DNA of 64,000 nucleotides, from NCBI GenBank assembly GCA_965217895.1, contig CBDCJV010000002.1, forward strand, positions 768,001 through 832,000, written 5' to 3'. Shown piece after piece: positions 29,181 to 39,825 of this stretch. The translations under genes and the position numbers were made by a program. Source of the DNA: Waterburya sp. Its GTDB lineage: Bacteria; Cyanobacteriota; Cyanobacteriia; Cyanobacteriales; Xenococcaceae. Each line of letters begins with the position of its first letter. The first letter of the stretch is position 1. The notes under the pieces are model-generated. The model made no database searches and was not told the DNA's origin. It was given only the letters and a program-made list of their open reading frames with translations.

Positions 29181-29595
29181 AGATTCCTCCGCTCACAATA
29201 TTTACAGCCAACAAAATAACAAGGGTTTTAGCTGATAATGAACTCAGGTTAGATAGTGGATGCTCCTCTATTATATAAATAGTTGGCGATCGCGATCGCC
29301 AATAGTAAATTGAAAATCATATTCGTAATGTGATCGAGATCATATTTTAGATTTAAACAGCAGTTTAAAATCAGGATATAAATATAAATACCGCCAGCTA
29401 ACATTTATAAAAAGCTGGCTTATAAAAAATCACTCGCGCCCAAGTTAATTAACTTGGGCGTTGCTATTGTTATCAATCAAACTCTTATTTAAACAAGGTC
29501 ATAACTTGCTAGTTACTAAACCATGCTGAAATTATTAGGAATGAGTGTAATACTAGATTTTTAAGACTGACTCACAGTTTATCAATTCCCTTTTT

Positions 29596-31041
29596 ATGTC
29601 CATTTCTCAGAAACCTGATTTAGCCGAGAACACAATAAAACCCGTTTCTAAATCTCCTTTCAACTCTTGGCAACTATGGAACATGAATTTTGGCTTTCTG
29701 GGTATTCAGTTTGGCTGGGGACTCCAGATGGTAAACATGAGTGCTATTTTTGAGTTTTTAGGGGCAAATGCCGACCAGTTACCGATTCTGTGGTTAGCTG
29801 CACCCTTAACAGGCTTATTTATCCAGCCCATTATCGGCAATCTCAGTGACTATACCTGGACTCCTTTAGGTCGCAGACGACCATACTTTTTAGTCGGAGC
29901 AATTTTGGCATTTATCTCTCTGGTATTGATGCCTAACTGTGACAATATCTGGACGGCAGCAGGAGTATTATGGATTTTAGATACTAGTGCCAACGTTAGC
30001 ATGGTGCCTTTTAGAGCATTTGTTGGCGATTTGTTACCAAAAGAGCAGCGAACCAAAGGTTTTGCGATGCAAAGCATTATGCTAGGTTTGGGGGCGGTTT
30101 CGGCTTCGACTTTGCCCTGGATCTTGAGTCACATTCTGCACGTAAGTAACGCGAGAAATTCTCTACATAAAATACCCCTAACGGTGGAAGTCTCTTTTTA
30201 TGTTGGCAGCGTATTATTTTTAGGTACTGTCTTGTGGACAATTGTGACTACCCCCGAATATCCACCGCAAAATTTAGTTCGGTTTAAGCAGTTAAAAGCT
30301 AAACGTAGCGGGATCTCCAGCAGTCTACGAGAAACCTGGCAAACTTTAGGCAAAATGCCAGTCAAAATGCAGCAGCTTGCTAAAGTACAGTTTTTTACTT
30401 GGTTGGGGATATTTTGCTTTTTTCTTTATTTTCCTCCTGCGGTGGCGCGCAACATCTTTGGGGCAACCAGCCAAAATTCGGTTATTTATAGTGACGGTAT
30501 AGAATGGGCGGGAATTTGTTTTGCTTTATATAATGCTGTCTGCATTGGCTCTTCTTTTTTATTACCTCGAATTGCTCAACGTCTTGGTCGCCCTTTAACC
30601 CATAGTCTTTGCTTACTTTGTGGCGGGACAAGTTTAATTTCTTTATTAGCAATTAGCAATCAATATGTTTTGCTTTTGGCAATGATCGGTTTGGGGATAG
30701 CCTGGTCAAGCGCGCTGATTATGCCCTACACCATGTTAAGTGATTCTATTCCACCTCAGCGTCAAGGAATCTATCAGGGAATATTTAACTTTTTTATTGT
30801 CTTACCAGAAATTGTCGCTTCTCTTGGTTTGGGTTGGGTAATGCAGCATTTACTCCATGAAGATCACCTGCTAGCGGTTGTGATGGGAGGAATATTTTTA
30901 ATTATTGCTGCGGGATTAACTTTACTAATTAAATCAACTCCCGTTAATGATTTGAAGCTGGAGGCACAAGCTATAGAAACTCATGAGGATATGGCTTCTA
31001 GTTGGGACGAAACGAATTCTGCAACAGAGCAAGCAAAATGA
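29596..31041 (+). CDS. MFS sugar transporter (sucrose/maltose-H+ symporter-like)
   Basis: GIQFGWGLQ, QPIIGNLSD, GRRRPY, PFRAFVGD and GIFNFFIVLP motifs. Confidence 0.88.
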   Translation: MSISQKPDLAENTIKPVSKSPFNSWQLWNMNFGFLGIQFGWGLQMVNMSAIFEFLGANADQLPILWLAAPLTGLFIQPIIGNLSDYTWTPLGRRRPYFLVGAILAFISLVLMPNCDNIWTAAGVLWILDTSANVSMVPFRAFVGDLLPKEQRTKGFAMQSIMLGLGAVSASTLPWILSHILHVSNARNSLHKIPLTVEVSFYVGSVLFLGTVLWTIVTTPEYPPQNLVRFKQLKAKRSGISSSLRETWQTLGKMPVKMQQLAKVQFFTWLGIFCFFLYFPPAVARNIFGATSQNSVIYSDGIEWAGICFALYNAVCIGSSFLLPRIAQRLGRPLTHSLCLLCGGTSLISLLAISNQYVLLLAMIGLGIAWSSALIMPYTMLSDSIPPQRQGIYQGIFNFFIVLPEIVASLGLGWVMQHLLHEDHLLAVVMGGIFLIIAAGLTLLIKSTPVNDLKLEAQAIETHEDMASSWDETNSATEQAK

Positions 31042-34000
31042 TGAATCAGTTTGGTCGTTTGACTCAACTCTTACTGTTAGCAATTACGGTGTTGACCTAT
31101 AATGTCATTGCTATAGCGATCGCCAATTCTCTATTCGTCAGTCATGTCGGGGCGGGAAAACTACCCATCGTCTTTATTTTGATTGGTTTATGTTCTTTTC
31201 CTATTTATGGCGTTTTTTCGCAAATAGCCGACCGCTATAGTCGTCCTCAAGTATTTCGCTACGTACTGCTGGGGTCGATTGTTGCTATGTTCGGGCTAAG
31301 GCTACTGACCGATGTAGACCTAGATTGGGTTTATTATGTTGTTTTGATCGCTATCTTTTTTCAGTGGGACTTTAATAATAATATTCTTTATCCAGGGCTA
31401 CTTACAGACTATTTCACCACCCTAGAATATAAGCAATACGCCCCCTATATTGGAATTGCTCAAGCGGTAGGCACTTTAGTCGGTGGTGGTTTGACTATTT
31501 TGTTGTCCCGCTATTTTCCTAGTCAAGAATTACTGTTGTGTTTGCCGTTGTTTATGGCGATCGCTTTTGGGCAGCTAGTATATTTAGAAAAGTCTCAGCG
31601 ACGCTTAGAAACCTCTCCCCTAGAATCTAATTTAAGTATTCTCGAATCTCTAAAAACTCTGCCCGATTTGACCAAACGTTATCCTTTAATCTTATTTATT
31701 GCTGCCAGCACTTTTTTACTGGTAATTATTTACATAAGCTCGGAATTTCTCTGGTTTAATATTTACGGTCAACATTTTGAAGAATCAGAATTGACGAGTT
31801 TTCTGGGGCTGATGCGGATGATTATTTCCCTAATTCAAGTAGCGTTTCTTTATGGCATTACTCGTCCTTTACTCAAATGGGTGGGGGTAGCTAGGCTAAA
31901 TGCGCTTTATCCGATCACCACTCTTTTAAGTTTGGGCGGGCTACTGTTGAACTTTAATTTAGCTGCGGGAATTGGTTTACACATCAACGGCGACGCACTA
32001 TATAAATCAATTAATTTACCCGTACACCAGCTAAACTATAATGGCATTCCTCATCAGTATGTGGGGCGTATTCGGGCTTTGAGCGATGGTTTAATTTATT
32101 CGCTGGGACTAACGCTAGCAGGAGTAGTGCTGTGGATCTGTCATCTTTATTTGAGCTTAGAGCAAATTACCTTACTGGCAATTAGCTTAACGCTATTGTT
32201 ATTGCTGGTGCGCTTGCCTATGGGAAGATTTTATACTCGCAGTTTAGAAGAGATGATTCGCTCTGATAGTATTAATTTAGATGACTTTAGGGATGAAGAA
32301 ACTCAACTACCACCTCAATCAAGTAATGTAATTCGGGAGTTTTTGACAGATAGCGATCGCTATACCCAAATTAAAGGTTTAGAATTAGCTGCCAGTGTCG
32401 GTAATCCCCAACAGTTTTTTGCTGAAATCAAAGCTTTATTGCCTGATGCTGATAACTCACTCCGTCAGGGAATATTGAAGTTGTTTAGCAGGAATCTCGA
32501 TCGGGTAACTCTGGAAAAGTTTGCCCATCTTTTGAGCGATCGCAATCCCCAGACTAGGGCAGCTAGTTTAGAAGTTTTAATTACCAATGAATACAATTTT
32601 GAACCTAAACAACTGCAAACGTTAATTGTCGATCGAGACAAAGAAGTAAAAACCTTGGGTTTACTTGCTGCATTTCAAAGCAGCAATGCGGGGGATTTAG
32701 ACTCTAGTATTGCCGAACAGTTTTGGCAGACAGAAATAACCGATACCACCGCTAAAGCGATCGCTCGTGTCGTTGGCTATAGCCGAAACCCAGAATTTAT
32801 TACCCTAATTGAATATTTACTGCCCCAGGTAAGCCCAGAAGTTAAACAAGAAACCCTAACTGCTTTAGCTAGTTTAGCTCATCCTCAAGACCATAACATA
32901 GCCAAAATTGCTCTAGCCGAAATCAATCATTTTGAACCAATGGTGAGGGTTGCAGCTTTTAAACTTTTAGAAATTACCCGCTGTCCGCAAATGCTAAAGC
33001 CAGTAGCTAAGGGATTGAGCGATTGCCATGCTCAAGTTCGCCAACAGGTAGCAAACACTCTGGCAGCTTATGGTAAATCTGGTTTAGCTGTAGCCAAAGA
33101 TAACTTAACTGCTGATAATCCTCATGTGGTTAATACGGCGATCGCAGCTATTGGTAAAGTAAAGAGCAAACAGGCTAACGAAATTTTGTATAAGCATCTC
33201 ACCCCAGAATTTCAGAATCTAGCTTATACTCGCCGATGGCAACAGCAAATACCTGCTCAAGATCCAAGCTGGAAGCTACTAGCAGTGGCGATTGAAGACT
33301 ATCAGCAACGTTTATTACAAAAGGTTTTATATATCCTCTCCTGTTTGGGCTACTCTCGCACCGTGAATTTGGTAACGCGAATTTTGGCAACTAGCGATCG
33401 CCGTGACTTAGCCAACGCCGTAGAAGTCCTTTCTTCAATTAATCACCGTCGATTCATTCAACCTCTAATACCCTTATTAGAACAGACGGTATCGGCTAAG
33501 CCTAATATGCAAATCGAACCTACTCCCCAATGGCTGAGGAAAAAAGGCTACAAAATACTCTTAGAGGCATTAGAATCAGGCGATCGCTGGATTAAAACAG
33601 GTGCATCTGTAGCCTTGGCAGTTGTCCCTACCGCTTTACTCAAAGATCCCGATCCTATCGTACAATCAGTAGCACGAGAAATGTTCTTTCCTGCCGATCG
33701 GCTTAATTCTCCCGTTAGCACCTCTATGAATCGACTGCTTCTACTGCGAAACATTGCTTTATTTAAAAACCTTTCCCTAGATGAACTCTTTCCCATCGAT
33801 CGGGCTTTAGAACAAAGGCAGGTATTGGCAGGAGAAACTATTTACACCGAGGGAAGCTGGGGCGGACACCTCTATATTATTGCCGAAGGAAAAGTACAAA
33901 TTGTCAAGCAGCTTGATGGCGAACAACAAGAAATCAAGCAGTTAACCACAGGTCAATATTTTGGCGAGATTGCTCTGTTTGATGAAGCCCCCCGTTGGGA

Positions 34001-34178
34001 TGGCGCGATCGCTCTTGAAGACTCTATCTTACTCAGCTTAGAAAAGAAACGCTTTATTAGCCTTATTTCTCAGCGTCCCCATATTATTCTAGAACTCTGT
34101 CGCTTTTTGAGTAAAAGACTACGGGAAACCGACAAATATATGTCTGCAAAGAAAATGCGCTCAACGCCAAAGGGATAA
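31038..34178 (+). CDS. NTT/MFS-like membrane domain with HEAT repeats and C-terminal cNMP-binding domain
   Basis: Multi-TM N-terminus, HEAT-like helices, GQYFGEIALFD..PR cNMP motif; ATG overlaps the upstream stop (ATGA). Confidence 0.85.
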   Translation: MMNQFGRLTQLLLLAITVLTYNVIAIAIANSLFVSHVGAGKLPIVFILIGLCSFPIYGVFSQIADRYSRPQVFRYVLLGSIVAMFGLRLLTDVDLDWVYYVVLIAIFFQWDFNNNILYPGLLTDYFTTLEYKQYAPYIGIAQAVGTLVGGGLTILLSRYFPSQELLLCLPLFMAIAFGQLVYLEKSQRRLETSPLESNLSILESLKTLPDLTKRYPLILFIAASTFLLVIIYISSEFLWFNIYGQHFEESELTSFLGLMRMIISLIQVAFLYGITRPLLKWVGVARLNALYPITTLLSLGGLLLNFNLAAGIGLHINGDALYKSINLPVHQLNYNGIPHQYVGRIRALSDGLIYSLGLTLAGVVLWICHLYLSLEQITLLAISLTLLLLLVRLPMGRFYTRSLEEMIRSDSINLDDFRDEETQLPPQSSNVIREFLTDSDRYTQIKGLELAASVGNPQQFFAEIKALLPDADNSLRQGILKLFSRNLDRVTLEKFAHLLSDRNPQTRAASLEVLITNEYNFEPKQLQTLIVDRDKEVKTLGLLAAFQSSNAGDLDSSIAEQFWQTEITDTTAKAIARVVGYSRNPEFITLIEYLLPQVSPEVKQETLTALASLAHPQDHNIAKIALAEINHFEPMVRVAAFKLLEITRCPQMLKPVAKGLSDCHAQVRQQVANTLAAYGKSGLAVAKDNLTADNPHVVNTAIAAIGKVKSKQANEILYKHLTPEFQNLAYTRRWQQQIPAQDPSWKLLAVAIEDYQQRLLQKVLYILSCLGYSRTVNLVTRILATSDRRDLANAVEVLSSINHRRFIQPLIPLLEQTVSAKPNMQIEPTPQWLRKKGYKILLEALESGDRWIKTGASVALAVVPTALLKDPDPIVQSVAREMFFPADRLNSPVSTSMNRLLLLRNIALFKNLSLDELFPIDRALEQRQVLAGETIYTEGSWGGHLYIIAEGKVQIVKQLDGEQQEIKQLTTGQYFGEIALFDEAPRWDGAIALEDSILLSLEKKRFISLISQRPHIILELCRFLSKRLRETDKYMSAKKMRSTPKG

Positions 34179-34222
34179 GAAATTCACCCTTTGCTGAATT
34201 CGGATTTAATAAGCATCTGACA

Positions 34223-34650
34223 ACAGTTAGAGCAGTTAGAGCAGTTAGACGAGCGACCCCCCCTAAAGGGTTCGACAGTTTGACGGGCGACATAAACGCC
34301 TTTTCGGGCGGTCAACATTCTGAGGAAACCCTACGAGGGCGATTATTCAAGGCGAACTAAATTCGCCGAATCTCGCCCTCAGAATTACGCCCTCAGAAAC
34401 CACAGGCGACGCGCCCTCCTTATGCCGGTGAAACCTTTCGACACTTTGCTCAACGGGTCATAGACCCGCAACGCAAGTGTCTCACCACCGCAACTGTCTC
34501 ACCGCGTCGCCGTTAGGCGCAAACGCCAGTTCCTTCGCCCTCAGCAGTCGCTCTTTGTTGGAAACCAACAAGATCGCGCTGCTTCGCAAGTCGGGAAACC
34601 CGCCCACCGGACTGGCTTGGGAATGCGCGAGGGAGACAGTTAGAGCAGTT
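34223..34650. repeat. GC-rich mosaic of nested small palindromic repeats flanked by CAGTTAGAG repeats
   Basis: Many short hairpins; modules shared with 1358-1370 and 18872-18922. Confidence 0.7.
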
Positions 34651-35018
34651 AAAAAGCCTAATTTACTGCTCAAAAAGGGCTTAGATAGCTGTTGTTTCAT
34701 TCTTAATTAAATTTTGTCCGATGACATTTTCCAGCCTTTGAGGGCGATCGCGTCTTTTATTTGAACAAAACCTCGCCCAGATGCTTTAATTGAAGCTAAC
34801 ACCACATTAAATTTAGTTATGCAACCTCAATTTACCATGAAAGAAACTGGAACTATACAAAAGTAAGGCAATCGGCAAATAATTAGAAACAGATTAATTT
34901 ACTCACTAGATTAATTATCTTTTATCATCATCTTAGTTATCATCGTAACAAAAAGTAATACCATAAGAAATGAGCATTGTAGAAAGTATCTTTTAAGAAA
35001 AGGAGTTGGCTTTATATC

Positions 35019-35663
35019 ATGATTCGCCTTTTACTAGTAGACGATCAAGAATTGGTATATCAAGGATTGCGGGCAATGTTAAATTTAGAATCGGATATGG
35101 AAGTTGTAGGAGTGGCAAACAACGCTCAGCTAGCCATTCAACAGGTAGAAGTTTTACAACCAGATGTAGTGTTGATGGATATTAGGATGCCCGTCATGGA
35201 TGGCAGAGAAGCCACTAGAATTATATGTCAGCAATTTCCCGATACTAAGGTTTTAGTACTTAGTACTTTTGAGGAAGACGATTATATTGCTCATTCAATC
35301 GAGGCAGGGGCGCAAGGATATTTGCTTAAAGATATGCCTATAGAAGATTTGGTTGATTCAGTTAGATTAGTCAATCGTGGATACAGTGTGATGAAGGATA
35401 GATTAAGGGAAAAAACAGTCGGCAACGAGGCAAGTAGTAACAGCACAGAAACAGAACAGTCTAAGTTGGCAAAGTTAACTCCAAGAGAGATAGAAGTATT
35501 CAATTTAATTGGTACTGGCTGCACTAACCGCGAAATTGCTGAAAAACTTTATATCGTCGAAGGTACGGTTAAAACTCACGTTACCAGTATTCTCAATCGA
35601 CTCGCTCTAAGTAATAGATTGCAGATTGCCATTTATGCTAATTCTGTCAAGCAAGCGTGTTAA
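35019..35663 (+). CDS. NarL/LuxR-family response regulator
   Basis: LLVDD, DVVLMDIRMP, GYLLKD, LTPRE..GCTNREIA..TVKTH motifs. Confidence 0.95.
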   Translation: MIRLLLVDDQELVYQGLRAMLNLESDMEVVGVANNAQLAIQQVEVLQPDVVLMDIRMPVMDGREATRIICQQFPDTKVLVLSTFEEDDYIAHSIEAGAQGYLLKDMPIEDLVDSVRLVNRGYSVMKDRLREKTVGNEASSNSTETEQSKLAKLTPREIEVFNLIGTGCTNREIAEKLYIVEGTVKTHVTSILNRLALSNRLQIAIYANSVKQAC

Positions 35664-35811
35664 AATCCAGGGCAACCGCACGCTTTTCTTTACGTTTAAT
35701 GAGAGAGAGAACGATTCCTTTAGCGGTGCTTTCATGAGTTAAAAGATTAGGAGAGATAGCGAACTACAGCCAAATCCTCTGCGCTATGACCAAGACATTC
35801 TTAATTAATGA

Positions 35812-35965
35812 CTGATATTACGCAGCATGGGGTCATGGAGTAGTGAGTAAGGAGTATAGAAAATAGGGTCGATCTTTGGAGTGGTGGAGTGATGGAGATA
35901 AAGGAGTAATTACCCCAAACACCCCACTACCCAGTCTTCACAGATCGATAAATGCGTAACATCAG
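35812..35965. mobile_element. MITE-like element with 13-bp terminal inverted repeats (1 mismatch)
   Basis: CTGATATTACGCA / TGCGTAACATCAG; internal GGAGT-rich short repeats. Confidence 0.5.
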
Positions 35966-36109
35966 CGTCCGACGAATTTTGATTCGTAATGTTAGAAAGA
36001 AACAAATTACCCTTTACCCAGTTTTAACAGATTAATTTGTTTCTTAGGAGTTAATGACTAAAATCAACCAGGGTATTAATAATGGCTTAATTTAAACAAA
36101 AATCTTTAT

Positions 36110-37285
36110 ATGAAAATTTTTATCAGTACAGGAGAGGTTTCTGGAGATTTACAGGGTTCAATGTTGATTAAGTCCTTGTATAAAATAGCTGCTCAAAAGA
36201 ATATCAATCTCGAAATTGCTGGATTGGGTGGCGATCGCATGGAGGCAACAGGAGCAGATATTATTGCCAATACCGCAGCTATTGGCTCAATGGGATTTGT
36301 AGAAGGATTACCGTTTGTCTTGCCAACGATAAAGATTCAAAGCCTGACTAAAAAATATATTCAGACAAATACCCCCAATATTTTAGTTTTAATTGATTAT
36401 CCTACTCCTAATTTAGCTCTGGCTAACTATGTAAAAAAATATTTTCCCAAAATACCAGTAGTATATTATATTGCCCCCCAAGATTGGGCAGTACCAATGT
36501 TAAATAATGCCTCCAAAATTGCCCAGGTTGTAGATCGCTTACTGGCAATTTTTCCTGCCGAAGCTAAGTATTTTAGCGATAAAGATATTAACGTTACCTG
36601 GGTGGGGCATCCTTTGCTCGATCGCTTGGTAACTGCACCAGATAGAAATCAAGCCAGATTAAATTTAGGCATTGAGCCAAAGGAAGAGATTATCACTCTT
36701 TTGCCTGCTTCTCGCCAGCAGGAAATCAAATATTTGCTGCCTGTGATCGCTCAGGCTGCACAGCAAATTCAGCAGCAAAAACCTAATCTTAAATTTTTGA
36801 TTCCTGTATCTTTGCCTAGCTACACAGACGCAATCACCTCAGCAGTTAAGCAACACAATCTATCTGCAAAAATATTAACAGGTGACAAAACTTTAGATGC
36901 GATCGCTGCTGCGGATCTGGCTATTGCCAAATCAGGTACGGTTAACCTAGAAATTGCCTTGCTCAATATTCCCCAGGTGGTTATCTATCGCGTTAATCCT
37001 CTGACTGCCTGGATAGCTCGTAAGATATTGCACTTTTCTATTCCTTTGATGTCACCACCTAACCTGCTCCTCAACCAGAAAATAGTCCCTGAATTACAGC
37101 AAGAAGAAGTAACCGCTGATAATATTGCCACTGAAGCGATGCAGCTTTTAACAAATGATCGAACTCGACAAGAAATAATAGCAGGGTATCAACAGATGCG
37201 ATCGCTTTTAGGCACCGTCGGAGTTTGCGATCGCACTGCGATTGAAATCCTTAACTTAACTAACAAGATTCCCATCAATACTTAG
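36110..37285 (+). CDS. lpxB: Lipid-A-disaccharide synthase
   Basis: STGEVSGD, IDYP, VGHPL, LLPASR and KSGTVNLE motifs. Confidence 0.95.
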   Translation: MKIFISTGEVSGDLQGSMLIKSLYKIAAQKNINLEIAGLGGDRMEATGADIIANTAAIGSMGFVEGLPFVLPTIKIQSLTKKYIQTNTPNILVLIDYPTPNLALANYVKKYFPKIPVVYYIAPQDWAVPMLNNASKIAQVVDRLLAIFPAEAKYFSDKDINVTWVGHPLLDRLVTAPDRNQARLNLGIEPKEEIITLLPASRQQEIKYLLPVIAQAAQQIQQQKPNLKFLIPVSLPSYTDAITSAVKQHNLSAKILTGDKTLDAIAAADLAIAKSGTVNLEIALLNIPQVVIYRVNPLTAWIARKILHFSIPLMSPPNLLLNQKIVPELQQEEVTADNIATEAMQLLTNDRTRQEIIAGYQQMRSLLGTVGVCDRTAIEILNLTNKIPINT

Positions 37286-37957
37286 CTGCAACAAAGTTTT
37301 GGGTGTTCATTGGTGGACGTTCATAGTCTATTGCTTTTTGGCGTGCTGGCAACTCAATCTTTTTGGCTGGCAAATCTTCATAGGAAACAGTTTCTAGAAA
37401 GTGACTGATACAGTTTAATCTTGCCTTTTTCTTATCGTCAGCCTCTACTACATTCCAAGGAGATTCAGGAACGTCTGTAGCTGCAAACATATCATCTTTG
37501 GCTCGCGAATAGTCTACCCATTTTTCCCTGGCTTTTAAATCCATAGGGCTAATTTTCCAGCGTTTTGTCGGATCTTCGATTCGATCTTGAAAACGTTTTT
37601 CCTGTTCGCGATCGCTGACGGAGAACCAATATTTAATCAGGATAATTTGCGATCGCTGAATCATCATTTCAAACTGGGGACACGATCGCATAAATTCGTT
37701 GTATTCATCATAGGTACAAAAGCCCATTACCTTTTCTACCCCAGCGCGATTATACCAACTGCGATCGAACAATACTATTTCCCCTGCTGCGGGGAGATGA
37801 GCTACGTATCTTTGAAAATACCATTGAGTTTTTTCGCGATCGCTTGGTGTCCCCAAAGCCACCACTCTACAAACGCGGGGATTTAAACATTCGCTTTAGA
37901 TTTCTCCTTACTTTTTTTACCGCTTTTTTCGGTTTCAAAACCATTTTTATCACTCAT
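37275..37957 (-). pseudogene. ppk2: Polyphosphate kinase 2 with internal deletion and frameshift
   Basis: C-terminal part has QWYFQRY, FDRSWYNRAGVE and RWKISPMD; the ATG 37957 frame stops after 24 aa; the Walker A segment is absent. Confidence 0.8.
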
Positions 37958-37999
37958 ATTTCCTATTTCTCTTTAGTTAGTTGTTGATTACCAAATAGC

Positions 38000-38116
38000 T
38001 AAGTAGATGGGTGGAATTAAATATAAAACCGAATAAGCAAGATATTACGATCTATTTTCGTTACTCGTTACTCAAGTAACGAGACTATCTTCTAATTAAT
38101 TTGTCCCATCTACTTA
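38000..38116. mobile_element. MITE-like element, TA-bounded
   Basis: TAAGTAGATGGGTGGAATTAA versus reverse complement of the right end TAAGTAGATGGGACAAATTAA; internal TCGTTAC heptamers. Confidence 0.7.
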
Positions 38117-38148
38117 TATAGCCACAAGCTTGAATTTCTGAAAAGCTT

Positions 38149-39633
38149 TTACTTTAGAGTTTTGCGTTTCTCTACATTTATCGCCGTAGTCTTTGCACCC
38201 CCAGTCAAAACATCAGACTCTTTAACAAAGCCACTGTATGCCTCCATCCCATGTTCACTAATGTCTAAACCTTGGATTTCGGCTGGTTCGTGAACTCGAA
38301 TCCCGATAGTTACCTTTAGCAAAGTCCAAACAATAGCACTAAAGACAACGGTAAATGCTCCTACCGCTAGAATTCCAATAATTTGAGTCAAAATATTACC
38401 GCTACCAAAGATACCTACCGCCAGAGTTCCCCAAATACCACAGACCAAGTGAACTGAAGTTGCGCCAACAGGATCATCGATTTTAAGGTTGTCAAAGAAA
38501 CCAACTGAGAAGACGACAATAATACCAGCGATCGCGCCAATTATAATGGCAGAGACATAACTAACATCGTTGCAACCAGCGGTAATGCCTACCAATCCTG
38601 CCAAAATACCGTTGATAATCATCGATATATCGGGTTTGCCGTCTTTGATCCAAGAAGTAAAGGTAGCGGTCGTACCACCTGCTGCTGCTGCCAAATTAGT
38701 TGTCAGAGCAATATAAGGAACGTTAGCATCTGCGGCCAGTTCTGAACCAGGATTAAACCCAAACCAGCCAATCCACAGGATCAAACAACCTAGAGTTGCA
38801 AAGCCCATATTATGTCCTGGTATCGCGCTAGATCTACCTTCTTGGTATTTACCAAATCTAGGACCTAAGATTAAAGCACCAACTAAAGCTGCCCAGCCAC
38901 CCACGGAGTGAACCACCGTCGAGCCAGCGAAGTCTTTAAACTCCATGTTACTTAACCAGCCTCCATCCCACACCCAATGCCCTGTAACGGGATAAGAAAC
39001 AGCCACTAATAAGGTACTAAAAATGAGAAAAGCAGCAAACTCAATTCGTTCTGCTACAGCACCAGAGACGATGGTTGCAGCCGTGGCAGCAAAGGCTACC
39101 TGAAACAAAAAAGAGACTGCGGCTGGTACGGCTTGAGGATAGGGATCGTCGCCGTAAAGAGCAGGATCGCCATTGAAGAAAAAGCCCTGAGTACCAATAA
39201 TAGAATTACCTTCTCCATACATTAAGCCATAACCAATTGCCCAGTAAGCAAGAGTTGCGATCGCAAATACGATCAAGTTTTTTGCTAGAATATTCACCGC
39301 GTTCTTTTGGCGACAAAATCCTGCCTCTAGCATTCCAAATCCAGCATTCATAAAAATTACTAGAATCGAACTAGACAAGATAAAAACCGTGTCCAGCATC
39401 ACCCTAAGCTCATCAACGTTTTTAGGAGCTTCAAAATCTTGAGCGGAGGCTGCTGCATTCCAAAGAATAACGATTAATGCTGCTAAAGGAATACAAGCGA
39501 GCCAGTAGGGCGGAAAATATCTAAATATTGCTTTGATGAGTTGGGGAATTGAAGCACAAGACTGTGAGCTTGGGAGAATACTTTTATTCTTTGGTAGGGA
39601 TATGTTCTTGTTTCTTGATAATTTGAAATTCAT
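38149..39633 (-). CDS. amt: Ammonium transporter
   Basis: [38 protein letters not shown] and [10 protein letters not shown] motifs. Confidence 0.97.
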   Translation of the reverse strand: MNFKLSRNKNISLPKNKSILPSSQSCASIPQLIKAIFRYFPPYWLACIPLAALIVILWNAAASAQDFEAPKNVDELRVMLDTVFILSSSILVIFMNAGFGMLEAGFCRQKNAVNILAKNLIVFAIATLAYWAIGYGLMYGEGNSIIGTQGFFFNGDPALYGDDPYPQAVPAAVSFLFQVAFAATAATIVSGAVAERIEFAAFLIFSTLLVAVSYPVTGHWVWDGGWLSNMEFKDFAGSTVVHSVGGWAALVGALILGPRFGKYQEGRSSAIPGHNMGFATLGCLILWIGWFGFNPGSELAADANVPYIALTTNLAAAAGGTTATFTSWIKDGKPDISMIINGILAGLVGITAGCNDVSYVSAIIIGAIAGIIVVFSVGFFDNLKIDDPVGATSVHLVCGIWGTLAVGIFGSGNILTQIIGILAVGAFTVVFSAIVWTLLKVTIGIRVHEPAEIQGLDISEHGMEAYSGFVKESDVLTGGAKTTAINVEKRKTLK

Positions 39634-39825
39634 TAATTCTGAGACTAACTTGGAAGGATTTTGCGATCGATAAGGGATAAAACTTATACCAAATTGAATG
39701 GTATTTACTACAGATATAGCAATACCAACTGTGCTTAAGACAATATAAATCTTAGGGGCGAATAGCCCCTACATAAACCTGATGTCATAACCTAAAAACG
39801 TAAAGCTATACTACAAATAATGATG

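Noticed and set aside
34223..34650. Possible CRISPR array, and the ORFs 34477-34710 and 34482-34700
   Set aside because: No regularly spaced identical repeats with unique spacers and no cas genes; the ORFs are read-throughs of the palindrome mosaic
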